In this document: positions 38,671 through 48,144 of the stretch, one piece after another
Position numbering within the stretch: the stretch's first letter is position 1
Layout: each line of letters opens with the position of its first letter
Source: an uncultured Rhodobacterales bacterium
Lineage (GTDB): Bacteria; Pseudomonadota; Alphaproteobacteria; Rhodobacterales; Rhodobacteraceae
Reading direction: 5' to 3'
Assembly: GCA_964590545.1 (NCBI GenBank)
Contig: CAZPXE010000001.1
Location: 1-49,550 of the forward strand
DNA: 49,550 nucleotides
Made by a program: the position numbers and the translations under genes
The notes under the pieces: generated by a model
What the model saw: the letters and a program-made list of their open reading frames with translations, nothing else
The model's database searches: none
What the model was told of the DNA's origin: nothing

Positions 38671-39648
38671 CTAAAGCAATGCCTTGATTTTATTAACGAG
38701 CGCCTGCGTCACCCCTGCCCCGGTTAGACGCAAATCTCCTTGCGTGAAAGTCATTTGGATGTCTGAACCATCTGGCGTTGGGGCTTCGCTTTGTTTTCGT
38801 GTGCCCGCAGCCGCTTTGCCTTGCAAGGCTTTGGCCAATACTTGGGCCTCATCAGCAGCGTCATCCGAATGGGTCTTATGCAGGCGATCGCGTAAGCGAG
38901 GGGCAAACTGGGGGTCGGACGAAATCCGTGCCGCAAGCGCAAGGCCCGTCCGTTCTGTGACTGCGTTGGGATGCTTCAACGCGCTACCAAGATGTTCGAT
39001 CAGCGGTAGAAAGCTTTTGATTTTGGACCGCTTCGCGCGGGACGCGGAGGAAAACAGCGCCTTCAACGCGGCAGCCTCGGTTTTGAAGACCCCGGCTTGG
39101 ACCGCGCTGCGCACGACATGGGCACGTTCGAAATACGACAGGCCCACGCGGATTTCATTTTCCTCGACCATCGCAGTATAAGCCTGTGCTGCATCTGAGG
39201 GCTGGCGCACGAAGGCGAGCACCTTGGTGGTGTCCGATAAATCCCGAAGAGCCTGGACGCGGCGAAACCCAGAGATCAAACCATAGCTGTCCGGGCCGGT
39301 TTGCACGACCTCGATTGGGGTTTGCTGGCCCCGGGCACGCAAAGAGGACTTCAGAACGTCCATTTCACCGGCATCCAGCGCGACACGATCACGGGACAGG
39401 TAATCACAGGCCACAGAGTCCAGAGGAATGTTCTGGGCAAGACGCCCCTCCTCCCGCGCGGATGTAAGTTCGGCCGCCACCTTTTCCAAAGCTGCGACCG
39501 CACTGGCCTGCCCCGCCACATCAGCAATAGGTGCGCGGCGTGTCGGCATAATCCCGATTGGGTTATCGCTGGCCTTCATGGCGACACTGTCCGGTTGCGG
39601 ACGAGCGGTTCCCGTTGTCGGTGCGGTCAGACGTTTGCGTTTGGCCAT
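38671..39648 (-). CDS. parB: Plasmid partition protein ParB
   Basis: GQQTPIEV, YGLISGFRRV (GxRR box), MVEENEIRVGLSYFERA; lies downstream of parA. Confidence 0.92.
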   Translation of the reverse strand: MAKRKRLTAPTTGTARPQPDSVAMKASDNPIGIMPTRRAPIADVAGQASAVAALEKVAAELTSAREEGRLAQNIPLDSVACDYLSRDRVALDAGEMDVLKSSLRARGQQTPIEVVQTGPDSYGLISGFRRVQALRDLSDTTKVLAFVRQPSDAAQAYTAMVEENEIRVGLSYFERAHVVRSAVQAGVFKTEAAALKALFSSASRAKRSKIKSFLPLIEHLGSALKHPNAVTERTGLALAARISSDPQFAPRLRDRLHKTHSDDAADEAQVLAKALQGKAAAGTRKQSEAPTPDGSDIQMTFTQGDLRLTGAGVTQALVNKIKALL

Positions 39649-39737
39649 GACTAAACTCCTGTTTAGAGACTGGTTTTGCCCCTACCCGTTCCAATTTGGA
39701 CAGCGAAGGCGTTAAATGAGATCGGCGATGCGCACGA

Positions 39738-41102
39738 TTACTCGTCTTGGTCTTGTGCTTGCCGCATCCACGCGCCGATCAGTAGCTTTTTGAACGCCGC
39801 ATATGTGGCATCAAATGTCTCGCGCCCTCTGGCATATGTTTCACGGTTAAAGTCGCGGTAATCGGCCTCGTAGATGCCATTGACGCTTTCACCCGCCTGC
39901 CCGATCAAGGCTGTAAAATCCTGACGGTGTGGCGACAGTGTGGTGCCCAGGTAGGCCTGCATCAATGCTGCCATCTCAGCCTGTTGACTGCTATCAAACC
40001 GGGTGACAACAGCCCGAACAGCGTCCCATTGAAAGGTCAACTCGTCCAACCCAAGGGCGCGCGCTGCGATATTCTCGCTCTCTTCTATGCTTGAGAATGT
40101 TGCATGTAACATGTCAAAAAACCGCCCCGTAGAGTCGAATTCCAAGAATGAAGCGCCTAAAGGAACCAGCAATATATCGGCAGCAGCCAGTCCGTTAATT
40201 GTCAAATAGCCAAGTGCTGGGGGTGTATCGAAAAAGATGACGTCGTAGTCGGCCAGAACGCCATCGGCCTCAAGACGATCCGTCAGGGCGTCCCAGAGAC
40301 GCCAGCCCTTCGCTGTCATGCGCCAGACAGGGATTTGGAACTCCGCCCAATAGAGATCAAGCTGTGCGCCGATCAGATCAATGTTGGGCCAATGGGTCGT
40401 TTGGATCAAATCTTTGGCGCTAATACTCATTGTATCGGTGAGCGTTTCGTCCAAAGGCAAAGGTGGATCCCCCCGTGCGACACGCGCCCGGTTCTCTAAT
40501 TGCAGGTGTTCGCCGTAATGCCGCGCAAGAAGGGGAAAAACCGTCGACCATTCGTTCTCAACCTTGCCGCCGAAGATGGATGTCATGGAACCTTGGCTAT
40601 CTAAGTCGATTACGAGCACTTTGTAGCCATCCAGAGCCGCTGACATGGCCAAGTGCGCCGCAGTTGAGGTTTTACCCACCCCGCCCTTAAAATTGGCCAC
40701 AGCGACCATTTTTGCAGGCAATCCTTTTGGACGGTAGGGGAGGTATTCTTTGGCCTTTGATCCCTCAGCCCCAAAATGGGCCCGTAAACGCAAGACTTCA
40801 TCTAGAGAAAACCACTTGGCGCCGCTTGCGGTTTCGCTGCGGCCCTGCGGTAAGTCTGGATTTGCTTTCAAAACGCGGCGAAAGTGGGGTGTGGCGACAG
40901 GGATAAGATATTTGGTGATTTCCCATGTGGAAAACAGGCGTAAAGATTTTCGCCCTTCCTCATTCAGTCCCCGCTCTGAAAGATCTGCCATGCCATTGGC
41001 GCATGCTTGAGAAATGGTATGAAAATCGCTGGCTTGTGTTGGATCACCCAGCTCGTTGAGGGCTACATCCGGTGAGATGTTGAAATAGGGGGGTAGGGTC
41101 AT
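39738..41102 (-). CDS. parA: Plasmid partition ATPase ParA
   Basis: ANFKGGVGKTST Walker A, IDLDSQGS, FDTPPALGYLT; N-terminal HTH-like extension. Confidence 0.95.
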   Translation of the reverse strand: MTLPPYFNISPDVALNELGDPTQASDFHTISQACANGMADLSERGLNEEGRKSLRLFSTWEITKYLIPVATPHFRRVLKANPDLPQGRSETASGAKWFSLDEVLRLRAHFGAEGSKAKEYLPYRPKGLPAKMVAVANFKGGVGKTSTAAHLAMSAALDGYKVLVIDLDSQGSMTSIFGGKVENEWSTVFPLLARHYGEHLQLENRARVARGDPPLPLDETLTDTMSISAKDLIQTTHWPNIDLIGAQLDLYWAEFQIPVWRMTAKGWRLWDALTDRLEADGVLADYDVIFFDTPPALGYLTINGLAAADILLVPLGASFLEFDSTGRFFDMLHATFSSIEESENIAARALGLDELTFQWDAVRAVVTRFDSSQQAEMAALMQAYLGTTLSPHRQDFTALIGQAGESVNGIYEADYRDFNRETYARGRETFDATYAAFKKLLIGAWMRQAQDQDE

Positions 41103-41344
41103 AACCACTCAATATGCTGCGTTTTCGGGAATGTAGCACAAAACACCGCATATGGAAGCATTCAGATACTTTTCTATGCTTTTCTAAGGAAATTCAGGGG
41201 TGTTTTCAGGCGCAGCGTATGACGGTCGTGCGCTTTTTGAAAAATTATCCTGTTAAATTTATGTTATATTATTAGTTAAGGGTCCAGGGCCCTTTTCTAT
41301 CGTGTTGATAATAAATGAATAAACCGGTGCAATTTAGAGCATAC

Positions 41345-41462
41345 GACTCTGAAACCACGTTTTGGTGACTCTGATCCCCCGTTCAAGCGACTCCGATCCC
41401 CCGATGTCGCAGTGGACATGCCCTGTGGATAACTTCTATGGTGGTGTTACTGAAACCACGTT
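41345..41462 (+). repeat. Iterons of the replication origin
   Basis: GACTCTGAAACCACGTT (41345), GACTCTGATCCCCCGTT (41367) and GACTCCGATCCCCCGAT (41389) at 22-bp spacing; a fourth copy GTTACTGAAACCACGTT at 41446; AT-rich tract at about 41236-41335. Confidence 0.8.
41424..41432 (-). promoter_or_regulatory. DnaA box
   Basis: TGTGGATAA is the reverse complement of the consensus TTATCCACA and lies among the iterons. Confidence 0.75.
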
Positions 41463-41538
41463 GGTTTGGATTCTCTAACAGCTCTGTTCAAAGAGCGTGA
41501 GAATGGATCGAGCAGGTCCGATGAACAAAGGAAACGCC

Positions 41539-42564
41539 GTGAGTCAAAACGGTCTGACAGCGCCCGTTGGGCTGATGCCTGAACGTCACCCTACGGGTGA
41601 TTTTTTTGTATGCGATATTTTTGATGCGGCACCCAAAGACGATATCGCAACGATGGAACATCCTGTTTTCTCGTTGGCGACGCGGCCGGACAAACGAATA
41701 CTGGAATATGCCCATAACGACACGTTGATTACAGTGGTGCCGTCAGTGCGCGGGTTGGCGACGATCCATGACAAGGACATCCTGATTTATTGCATCAGTC
41801 AGTTGATGGCGGCCTTGAATGCGGGACGTGAGATTTCGCGAACGCTAACCTTGCGTGCTCATGATTTGTTGGTGGCGACAAACCGTGAAACGTCGGGCGA
41901 TGCCTACCGTCGTTTGCGCGTTGCCTTTGAGCGGCTGGCTGGCACACGGATCACCACCAACATCACCACCGGCGAGATCGAAACGACCCGTGGATTTGGC
42001 CTGATTGAAAGTTGGGAAATTGTGCGCCGCTCTCGGGGGGGGCGGATGATCAGCGTGTCGGTGACATTGTCGGATTGGCTGTTTCGCGCGGTGATGAACA
42101 AATCTGTTTTGACCTTGTCGCGCGACTATTTCCGGCTGCGCAAACCGTTGGAGCGACGCATCTATGAATTGGCGCGTAAGCATTGCGGCCGGCAGGCGTC
42201 TTGGGGCGTGTCGGTGGACACGCTGTTGAAAAAGTCAGGGTCGAACTCACCGCGGCGGGTGTTTCGAAAGATGCTGCGCGACATGATCGCTGCAGATCAT
42301 TTGCCCGATTATGAGATGTCAGAGGAACCGGGAGATAAGATCCGGTTCACACGGCGCCGTCTGGTGGTGGATGACGTAACATTGCCCCAGGTGACACCGG
42401 AAGCATTGGCTCAGGTGCGCGCGCTGTTGCCTGGTGTTGATGTTTACGCGGTTGTGGCGGATTGGCAGGATTATTGGGTCCGGTCGGGGAAACCGCAATT
42501 GCGGGCGCCTGATGCGGCGTTTGTCGGGTTTGCGAAAACCTTCGCCAACCGCGTCATTGACTAG
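41539..42564 (+). CDS. repA: Replication initiator protein A (RPA family, roseobacter RepA-type plasmid)
   Basis: PERHPTGDFFVCDIFDAAPKDD..MEHPVFSL, GLATIHDKDILIY, YFRLRKPLERRIYELARKHCG; divergent from parA. Start uncertain (41497, 41521 or 41539; AAGGA precedes GTG 41539). Confidence 0.92.
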   Translation: MSQNGLTAPVGLMPERHPTGDFFVCDIFDAAPKDDIATMEHPVFSLATRPDKRILEYAHNDTLITVVPSVRGLATIHDKDILIYCISQLMAALNAGREISRTLTLRAHDLLVATNRETSGDAYRRLRVAFERLAGTRITTNITTGEIETTRGFGLIESWEIVRRSRGGRMISVSVTLSDWLFRAVMNKSVLTLSRDYFRLRKPLERRIYELARKHCGRQASWGVSVDTLLKKSGSNSPRRVFRKMLRDMIAADHLPDYEMSEEPGDKIRFTRRRLVVDDVTLPQVTPEALAQVRALLPGVDVYAVVADWQDYWVRSGKPQLRAPDAAFVGFAKTFANRVID

Positions 42565-42828
42565 GGCCCGTTAGCCAAACCAATCACGATAGGGCAGGGC
42601 AGCAGCTAACAATCAACAAAGCGCCCGAGGCCGCGATAGGGCGGTTGTGGCGTCCTTAAGCTGGTTGACCCTGTCGTCGCCTTCGCGCGTCCCCATGTGC
42701 GCGTTTAGGGCGCGCCTCCGGCGGTATGTGGCGCCTTCCAGCCATTATCCTCGACCTATTCAACTCAACTGCCCGACGGTCATGGATTAACGGTTTTTAA
42801 TTGATTGGACCGGTTGCAGAGCCTAACG

Positions 42829-42844
42829 TTAAGGAACTATTAAC
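42829..42844. promoter_or_regulatory. CtrA binding site
   Basis: TTAA-GGAACTA-TTAAC is an exact TTAA-N7-TTAAC match, 75 bp upstream of the VPLPA-CTERM gene at 42920. Confidence 0.7.
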
Positions 42845-42919
42845 TTCTCTCTGGATCGACCCAGTTCAATTTTAGGGTGCGTGTTTCGGGCAATGTAACT
42901 TTGTTGGGGAAGAATACCG

Positions 42920-43486
42920 ATGAAAGTACTTTTTGGCGCAACGGCACTGGCGCTTACCACAGTGGCTCCTGTGTCAGCGGCCCCAATCTATTTGGACGTC
43001 GAATTTGCAGGTGTGTCCGCCACGTTCTTTGGGCTAGACGATGAGATCATGGGCGTTCAATCGTCAACAGGCTTTAGTTTTGATGGTGTGTTAGGCACTT
43101 ATTCTGGGTCAGCCGCTCTTTCGACCGACAGGGATAGTTTTGAATTCTCAGCTGGTAGCTTGATAAGTGCTGACTTTTTTACGGCAGCCTACACGCCGGC
43201 CTATGGTAGCAATGGAGTTCTCTATTTGGAGGCCCTCTCTGTAGGGATGACAAGCGCGGTGGCCTGGGAGGACGAGTATGTCAATCTTCCGGGCCAGGCG
43301 TGGCAAATAACGTCATCCCAGGGGCCGGTGACGTTTACGCAAAGACCCGTCGTCTCGCTGCCAGTATTGCAGGTGTCTGTGACGTCTTCGCAAAACCAGC
43401 TTAGCGCGGTTCCTTTGCCGGCTGGTTCCTGGCTTTTACTGTCGGGTCTCGCGGGGATCATGGGGCTCAAGCGCTGGAAGTCATAA
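42920..43486 (+). CDS. VPLPA-CTERM sorting-domain surface protein
   Basis: Signal peptide (..VSA/AP); C-terminal SAVPLPAGSWLLLSGLAGIMGLKRWKS. Confidence 0.92.
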   Translation: MKVLFGATALALTTVAPVSAAPIYLDVEFAGVSATFFGLDDEIMGVQSSTGFSFDGVLGTYSGSAALSTDRDSFEFSAGSLISADFFTAAYTPAYGSNGVLYLEALSVGMTSAVAWEDEYVNLPGQAWQITSSQGPVTFTQRPVVSLPVLQVSVTSSQNQLSAVPLPAGSWLLLSGLAGIMGLKRWKS

Positions 43487-43553
43487 ATTAGCGTGAAACC
43501 CGCTTTGAGGCGTGGCTACAGGTGTTGGTTCAGATAATCTTGTTGTCCCAACG

Positions 43554-43583
43554 AAAAAGGGCGGCCCATAAGGACCGCCCTTC
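43554..43583 (-). terminator. Rho-independent terminator between the convergent VPLPA-CTERM genes
   Basis: Minus strand GAAGGGCGGTCC-TTAT-GGGCCGCCC-TTTTT, about 20 nt after the stop at 43604. Confidence 0.8.
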
Positions 43584-43603
43584 AAAATTGATTGTAAGGC
43601 TAA

Positions 43604-44260
43604 TTATGCCTTCTGGCGACGACGCATTGCTGCAAGACCACCCATACCGGCCAGCAGCAGCAAGCCGCTTGCTGGGATCGGAACTGCAGTCAGGTCTACA
43701 CGAACGATGATATCGTCGTGGTTGTCATCGATGTCATTGCCGTTGTCGTCCAGAGCGAGGAAGAATGTGCTCAGGTTACCGACTGTGGAGCTATCGACGA
43801 ATACGCCGAACTCGTCATCAACTGCGCTGAAGGACGGGCCAGCAGTGTTGATCTGGAAGCTCAGAAGGGATGCGAGATCGCCGCCCAAGAAGTTGGTGAC
43901 GTAAGAGTCCATACCGAACCCACCAGCCAACGTACCAGTCAACATATCAGGAGCAGCCACTTCGGCGCTATCGATACCTTCTTTGATGATGTCTGTGCCA
44001 TCAAAAATCAGCGTGTTGTCGAATGTGCTTTCAGCACCAACGAGTGTGAATGTTACGCGAACTTCACGGTCGATCATGATGGACGTGTTGCCCGAGTAAA
44101 GATCTGTAACGCCTGCGGCTTGGAGATCGGCTACGAAATCCTGTCCGGCAGGAACGCCAGGTGCAAGACCCAGTGTTGTGTCAGCAGTTAGGGTCGCAGC
44201 AGAAGCAGCAGTCCCCAGTGTTGTCAAAGCGATTGTGGCGGCAGCCAAATAAGTTTTCAT
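43604..44260 (-). CDS. VPLPA-CTERM sorting-domain surface protein with acidic DDN..DDNHDD (DUF4114-like) motif
   Basis: Signal peptide (..AASA/AT); C-terminal TAVPIPASGLLLLAGMGGLAAMRRRQKA. Confidence 0.92.
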   Translation of the reverse strand: MKTYLAAATIALTTLGTAASAATLTADTTLGLAPGVPAGQDFVADLQAAGVTDLYSGNTSIMIDREVRVTFTLVGAESTFDNTLIFDGTDIIKEGIDSAEVAAPDMLTGTLAGGFGMDSYVTNFLGGDLASLLSFQINTAGPSFSAVDDEFGVFVDSSTVGNLSTFFLALDDNGNDIDDNHDDIIVRVDLTAVPIPASGLLLLAGMGGLAAMRRRQKA

Positions 44261-44292
44261 TTCTGTGTACCCCTGAGGTGCGAGACTAATTA

Positions 44293-44307
44293 TTAACAGT
44301 CCGTTAA
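44293..44307. promoter_or_regulatory. CtrA binding site
   Basis: TTAA-CAGTCCG-TTAA (N7), 32 bp upstream of the 44260 start; extra TTAAC half-sites at about 44321 and 44376. Confidence 0.65.
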
Positions 44308-44667
44308 ATATATCAGCCGCGTTAAGCCTTGTAAATAAGCCTCAAAACTACTCTTTTCCCTTAAAAGACAGTAGTTTAACTGGTTTGAAACGGATTGTTT
44401 CCGCAATGAGGGCCACAATTTTGCCGCAAGAGCACCATGAGAATCGGCGAATTTCCGCCTTATTTACACCCAATTACAACCTTGGGGTGTGTTTTTGGCA
44501 AGTTTTCGCTTACTGCGATAGTGGACGTAGAGTAAAGCATTGAAAACAAACACTTTTTCTACGCAATATTTGAATGCAGGTGCAGCATTTTCTGCAATCG
44601 ATTCGGAGCCAGGATAAGTATGGATGTGCCAAATCGGGCGGCACAATGTACTGCGTTGCAATCTTTA

Positions 44668-45975
44668 TCAATTGCTCCTTGCGTGCAGATCAAGTTGATC
44701 AATCCGCCCTTCGATCAGGCCCAACATTGCTTGGTAGGGGGCACTTTCGACGGTTCCATAAGTTTGTAGGAATTCGTCTTCGGGCATGAGGCCGGGGATA
44801 CCCTCGAAATGGATAATGAAGGTGGTTTCGGAGGCCAAAGCTGCAACGGATGCAGCCCATTGATCACGCGACAGGACCATGAAGTGATCCGTGAGCCGGA
44901 TGCCTGACAGATTGGCAGAGATGTCGGTGAAATCGAACCCGCCCGCGCCAGAGACCGTGTCGTGCAGCTCTTTGAATTCACCGATTGAGAAGGAGATGCC
45001 TCGGTTCGCAGCTGCCCGCAGCGCGGCGGAGGCAATGAAGTGGCGTCGACTGTCAATCCGATCGTTGAGGGTGATGTCCATGCAATCTGTCGCCCAGACA
45101 CGGTCTGGACCTGTCGTTGTGATGGCCAGCCGCCCAACAAGCGCCCCGAAATCGCGCGGGCCACAAGCGCGGGTCAACGCAAACACAGCCGCCGTATAAG
45201 CATTGGCGAGGCCGCCATTATTGCTGTGGGCAAGCGCGTCCTGCAATGCGAACTGAAGGTATGGACTAAAGCTGCCTGTGACGGGCAATTCGCCATCATC
45301 CATGGCTGTGCGAAGTCGGATATGAGCGGCGTCGATTTGTTCCGGTTCTGGGAATTCCTCCCCTCGGATGGATCCGAAGATGTTGCGCACAAGGCCGTTG
45401 TCGCCCATTTGAGATAAGCTGACAAAGAATGCGATCTCTGAGCCATCAATCTGCATGGAGGAGGCAACGTTGATGAGAGTATCGCCGACACCCTCCCCAA
45501 AATAGAGGTTGGCGGCGCTTTGGGCAGTGCTCATGGCCAAGCCAGGAGGAATGTCCCACCCGCCGAGGGTGACGTCCTGCAGCGTGAGAGTTCCATCGAA
45601 TTCAGGAACGGCCCCGGTGACGTTGATCCATTTCTGTCCGCCGATCCAAGGAACGGGGACGGAAGCGCGCCCGATCAAGGCGTCGTCCTGGATGGCGACA
45701 TCACCGCGGAAGCCGGGCAGGAGGCGGGCGCCCAGCCGAATGGCTGAGTTGAGCTGTGGGATCGTTGTGGTGACAGGGGCGCCGGCCTCAGCCTCTGGGC
45801 TTGTGGCCAAACGCAGGTCACGCACCAGTTCACGGGCGGCGACCACATCTGCAGAGGCTGGGGGAGGGCCGGTGTCGACGAGGGGTCCATCCTCGACAAC
45901 CATAAAAACAGCGAGCGCTGCCAAGATGAGTAGGGTCAAGATCAGTACCCCCAGGATGCGAAAAAGTCGGCCCAT
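44668..45975 (-). CDS. Hypothetical membrane-anchored periplasmic protein
   Basis: One N-terminal TM helix; conserved-looking C-terminal RIDSRRHF..GEFKELHD..GGFDFTDISAN..G motif. Start ATG 45975; ORF open to 46008. Confidence 0.7.
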   Translation of the reverse strand: MGRLFRILGVLILTLLILAALAVFMVVEDGPLVDTGPPPASADVVAARELVRDLRLATSPEAEAGAPVTTTIPQLNSAIRLGARLLPGFRGDVAIQDDALIGRASVPVPWIGGQKWINVTGAVPEFDGTLTLQDVTLGGWDIPPGLAMSTAQSAANLYFGEGVGDTLINVASSMQIDGSEIAFFVSLSQMGDNGLVRNIFGSIRGEEFPEPEQIDAAHIRLRTAMDDGELPVTGSFSPYLQFALQDALAHSNNGGLANAYTAAVFALTRACGPRDFGALVGRLAITTTGPDRVWATDCMDITLNDRIDSRRHFIASAALRAAANRGISFSIGEFKELHDTVSGAGGFDFTDISANLSGIRLTDHFMVLSRDQWAASVAALASETTFIIHFEGIPGLMPEDEFLQTYGTVESAPYQAMLGLIEGRIDQLDLHARSN

Positions 45976-46165
45976 TAATTTCCTCAGTCTTGGTCTGGGG
46001 CACTGCAATGATCAACATCGGGCCGCCGATCCATATCAATCCCTTCATGACCGATCCGCTGCATCGTGACAACGGTCTGACCGCAGGGCGCGCGATGTAT
46101 AAAATGAAGCGTGACTTTAGGCGACAGGTTCTGCAGAACAACCGAAAATTCAGAGTAGCCCCTTG

Positions 46166-47227
46166 ATGACGCATTCAGATAAAGTTCCCACCTATTTTTC
46201 TGGCTTGGACGGGTTGCGGGCGGTGTCTGTTATGATCGTGTTCGTCGCGCATGCGGGTTTGGGTTACATCGTACCCGGTGGTTTTGGCGTAACGGTGTTT
46301 TTCTTTTTGTCAGGCTTTCTGATCACGTCTTTGCTGATCCGAGAACATGACACCTATGGCCGTATTGCTTTGCCTGCTTTCTATCAGCGTCGGCTTGTTC
46401 GGTTGATGCCGCCACTGTTGATAACGATGAGCTTGGCTATTTTGGCGGTTCTGATGGGGTATGCGAACGGCGCGTTGGACCCTTGGACGATCTTCAGCCA
46501 AATCTTCTTTTTCTTCAATTATTATGCGCAGACCCCTGGTCCGGACATAAGCGTGGATGGCTTCGAGATCCTGTGGTCCCTGTCAGTGGAAGAGCAGTTC
46601 TACCTGTTCTTCCCGTTTGTCTTCATCGCCCTTGCACGTAGCCGCTGGCATATTCCGGTGCTGGTCGGTGCGGTGGTGGCCACACTGATCTGGCGATGGG
46701 TCCGGTTTGAGATCCTTGGCCATGGTCAATCTGTCATTTACATCAGCACCGATACTCGGATCGACAGTATTCTGTATGGGTGTTTGCTGGCTGTTATCAG
46801 TGCACGCCATCCCCAACGGCTGACGTTCCTGAAGGATTGGCAATACGCGGCCATGGCGGTCGCCGTTGCGTTATTGTTGGTCAGTTTTCTGCTGCGCGAT
46901 CCTTTGTTTCGGGCGACGTTGCGCTACTCGTTACAGGGGTTGGCGTTGATCCCGATCTTCTATCTGGCGGTCAATTTGCCGGGGTCATGGTTGTTTGCGT
47001 GGCTGAACTGGAAGCCGGTGCGCAAGCTGGGGCAGTACTCCTATACGTTCTATTTGGCGCATCTGGTGATCATTCAGATGTTGATTTTCAACGGGCTTGA
47101 TCCGCAGAACTTGGCTGTGATGATGCCGGTCGCGTTCGTGCTGTCGATGGTCTATTGCGCGTTGGTGTATCGCTACATCGAAAAGCCGCTCCAACCACTG
47201 CGGTCCCGGCTGACAGGGCACGGCTGA
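46166..47227 (+). CDS. Acyltransferase family 3 (OafA-like), standalone
   Basis: GLDGLRAVSV..H, GVTVFFFLSGFLIT, FYQRRLVRLMP, WSLSVEEQFY, SYTFYLAH, YRYIEKP. Confidence 0.93.
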   Translation: MTHSDKVPTYFSGLDGLRAVSVMIVFVAHAGLGYIVPGGFGVTVFFFLSGFLITSLLIREHDTYGRIALPAFYQRRLVRLMPPLLITMSLAILAVLMGYANGALDPWTIFSQIFFFFNYYAQTPGPDISVDGFEILWSLSVEEQFYLFFPFVFIALARSRWHIPVLVGAVVATLIWRWVRFEILGHGQSVIYISTDTRIDSILYGCLLAVISARHPQRLTFLKDWQYAAMAVAVALLLVSFLLRDPLFRATLRYSLQGLALIPIFYLAVNLPGSWLFAWLNWKPVRKLGQYSYTFYLAHLVIIQMLIFNGLDPQNLAVMMPVAFVLSMVYCALVYRYIEKPLQPLRSRLTGHG

Positions 47228-47229
47228 TC

Positions 47230-48135
47230 ATGGGGCGGCGCATCCTTCTTTGGGGGATTGCCCTTGCCGGGGGTCTGGCTGTGTTGGAGATCGGGCTGAG
47301 ATACGGTGTTGGCTTGGGTGACCCGCCCTTGGTATCCCTGAATGAGCAGACTGAATACGAGCTTGTCCCAAGCCGCGCATATGTGCGGTTCGGCAATGCT
47401 GTTGAGATCAACGCCGCTGGGATGCGAGGGCCAGACATCCCCTTGGACAAGGCGCCGAGCGAAAGGCGTGTCCTGTTGATTGGGGATAGTGTGATCTACG
47501 GCAATCATTTCCTTGATCAGAGCGAGGTCATCGGCGCGCGCCTGCACGTGAGGTTGGCGGACATGCCGGCACTGGCCGGGTGCACGCCGCTGGTTATGGC
47601 GGCGGCGGTATCAAGCTGGGGGCCGGTCAATCAGGCCAGATTTCTTGAGAAGAGCGGTGTGCTCCACGCTGACCAGGGGCTAATTTTGGTGTCGTCCCAT
47701 GATCTGTTCGACACGCCGCATTATGGGTCTGTGATCCCTTACCGGACCCAGACGCCCTTTGGGGCGCTTGATGAGGTACGGTTGCTTGTGCTGGATCGGT
47801 TTGCACAGCGGACGCCGTCGACCCTATCGTTTGAAGAGCGACGGGATGCATCGCTGGCGGCGCTGGATCAGATCGCGGATCAGTTTGCCGCCGCTGATGT
47901 TCCGCTGTTGATGGTCTATCATCCGACCATTTCAGAACGCGCCGCAGGGGCGCATGATGCACGGGGGGTCTTCAATCAGTGGGCCGATGCGCGAGGCGTG
48001 GAGTGGGTCGATCTGGGCGACACCCCGATGTCACAAGAGCTCTATCGCGACGACATCCATCCCAACGCACAAGGCGCGGAAACGATTGCGGCGGTTTTTG
48101 CCGATGTGCTGCGTCAAAGGTTAGTGGATTGCTAG
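47230..48135 (+). CDS. Membrane-anchored SGNH/GDSL hydrolase-family protein
   Basis: N-terminal TM helix, INAAGMRG, LLIGDSVIYG, DDIHPN (DxxH); starts 2 nt after the AT3 stop. Confidence 0.85.
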   Translation: MGRRILLWGIALAGGLAVLEIGLRYGVGLGDPPLVSLNEQTEYELVPSRAYVRFGNAVEINAAGMRGPDIPLDKAPSERRVLLIGDSVIYGNHFLDQSEVIGARLHVRLADMPALAGCTPLVMAAAVSSWGPVNQARFLEKSGVLHADQGLILVSSHDLFDTPHYGSVIPYRTQTPFGALDEVRLLVLDRFAQRTPSTLSFEERRDASLAALDQIADQFAAADVPLLMVYHPTISERAAGAHDARGVFNQWADARGVEWVDLGDTPMSQELYRDDIHPNAQGAETIAAVFADVLRQRLVDC

Positions 48136-48144
48136 ATCCGATAG

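Noticed and set aside
38375-38687. Small ORFs between the sulfotransferase and parB (possible toxin-antitoxin pair)
   Set aside because: No TA motifs, no clear RBS, and they overlap cis sites. The region also has an IHF-consensus match (TATCAATGCTTTA, 38622-38634) that is too common to call.
41250-41280. CtrA-like TTAA motifs in the origin
   Set aside because: No exact N7 match; expected by chance in this AT-rich tract.
41345-41405. Regularly spaced repeats as a mini CRISPR array
   Set aside because: Spacers are only 5 bp, no cas genes are present, and the repeats lie beside repA with a DnaA box, so they are iterons.
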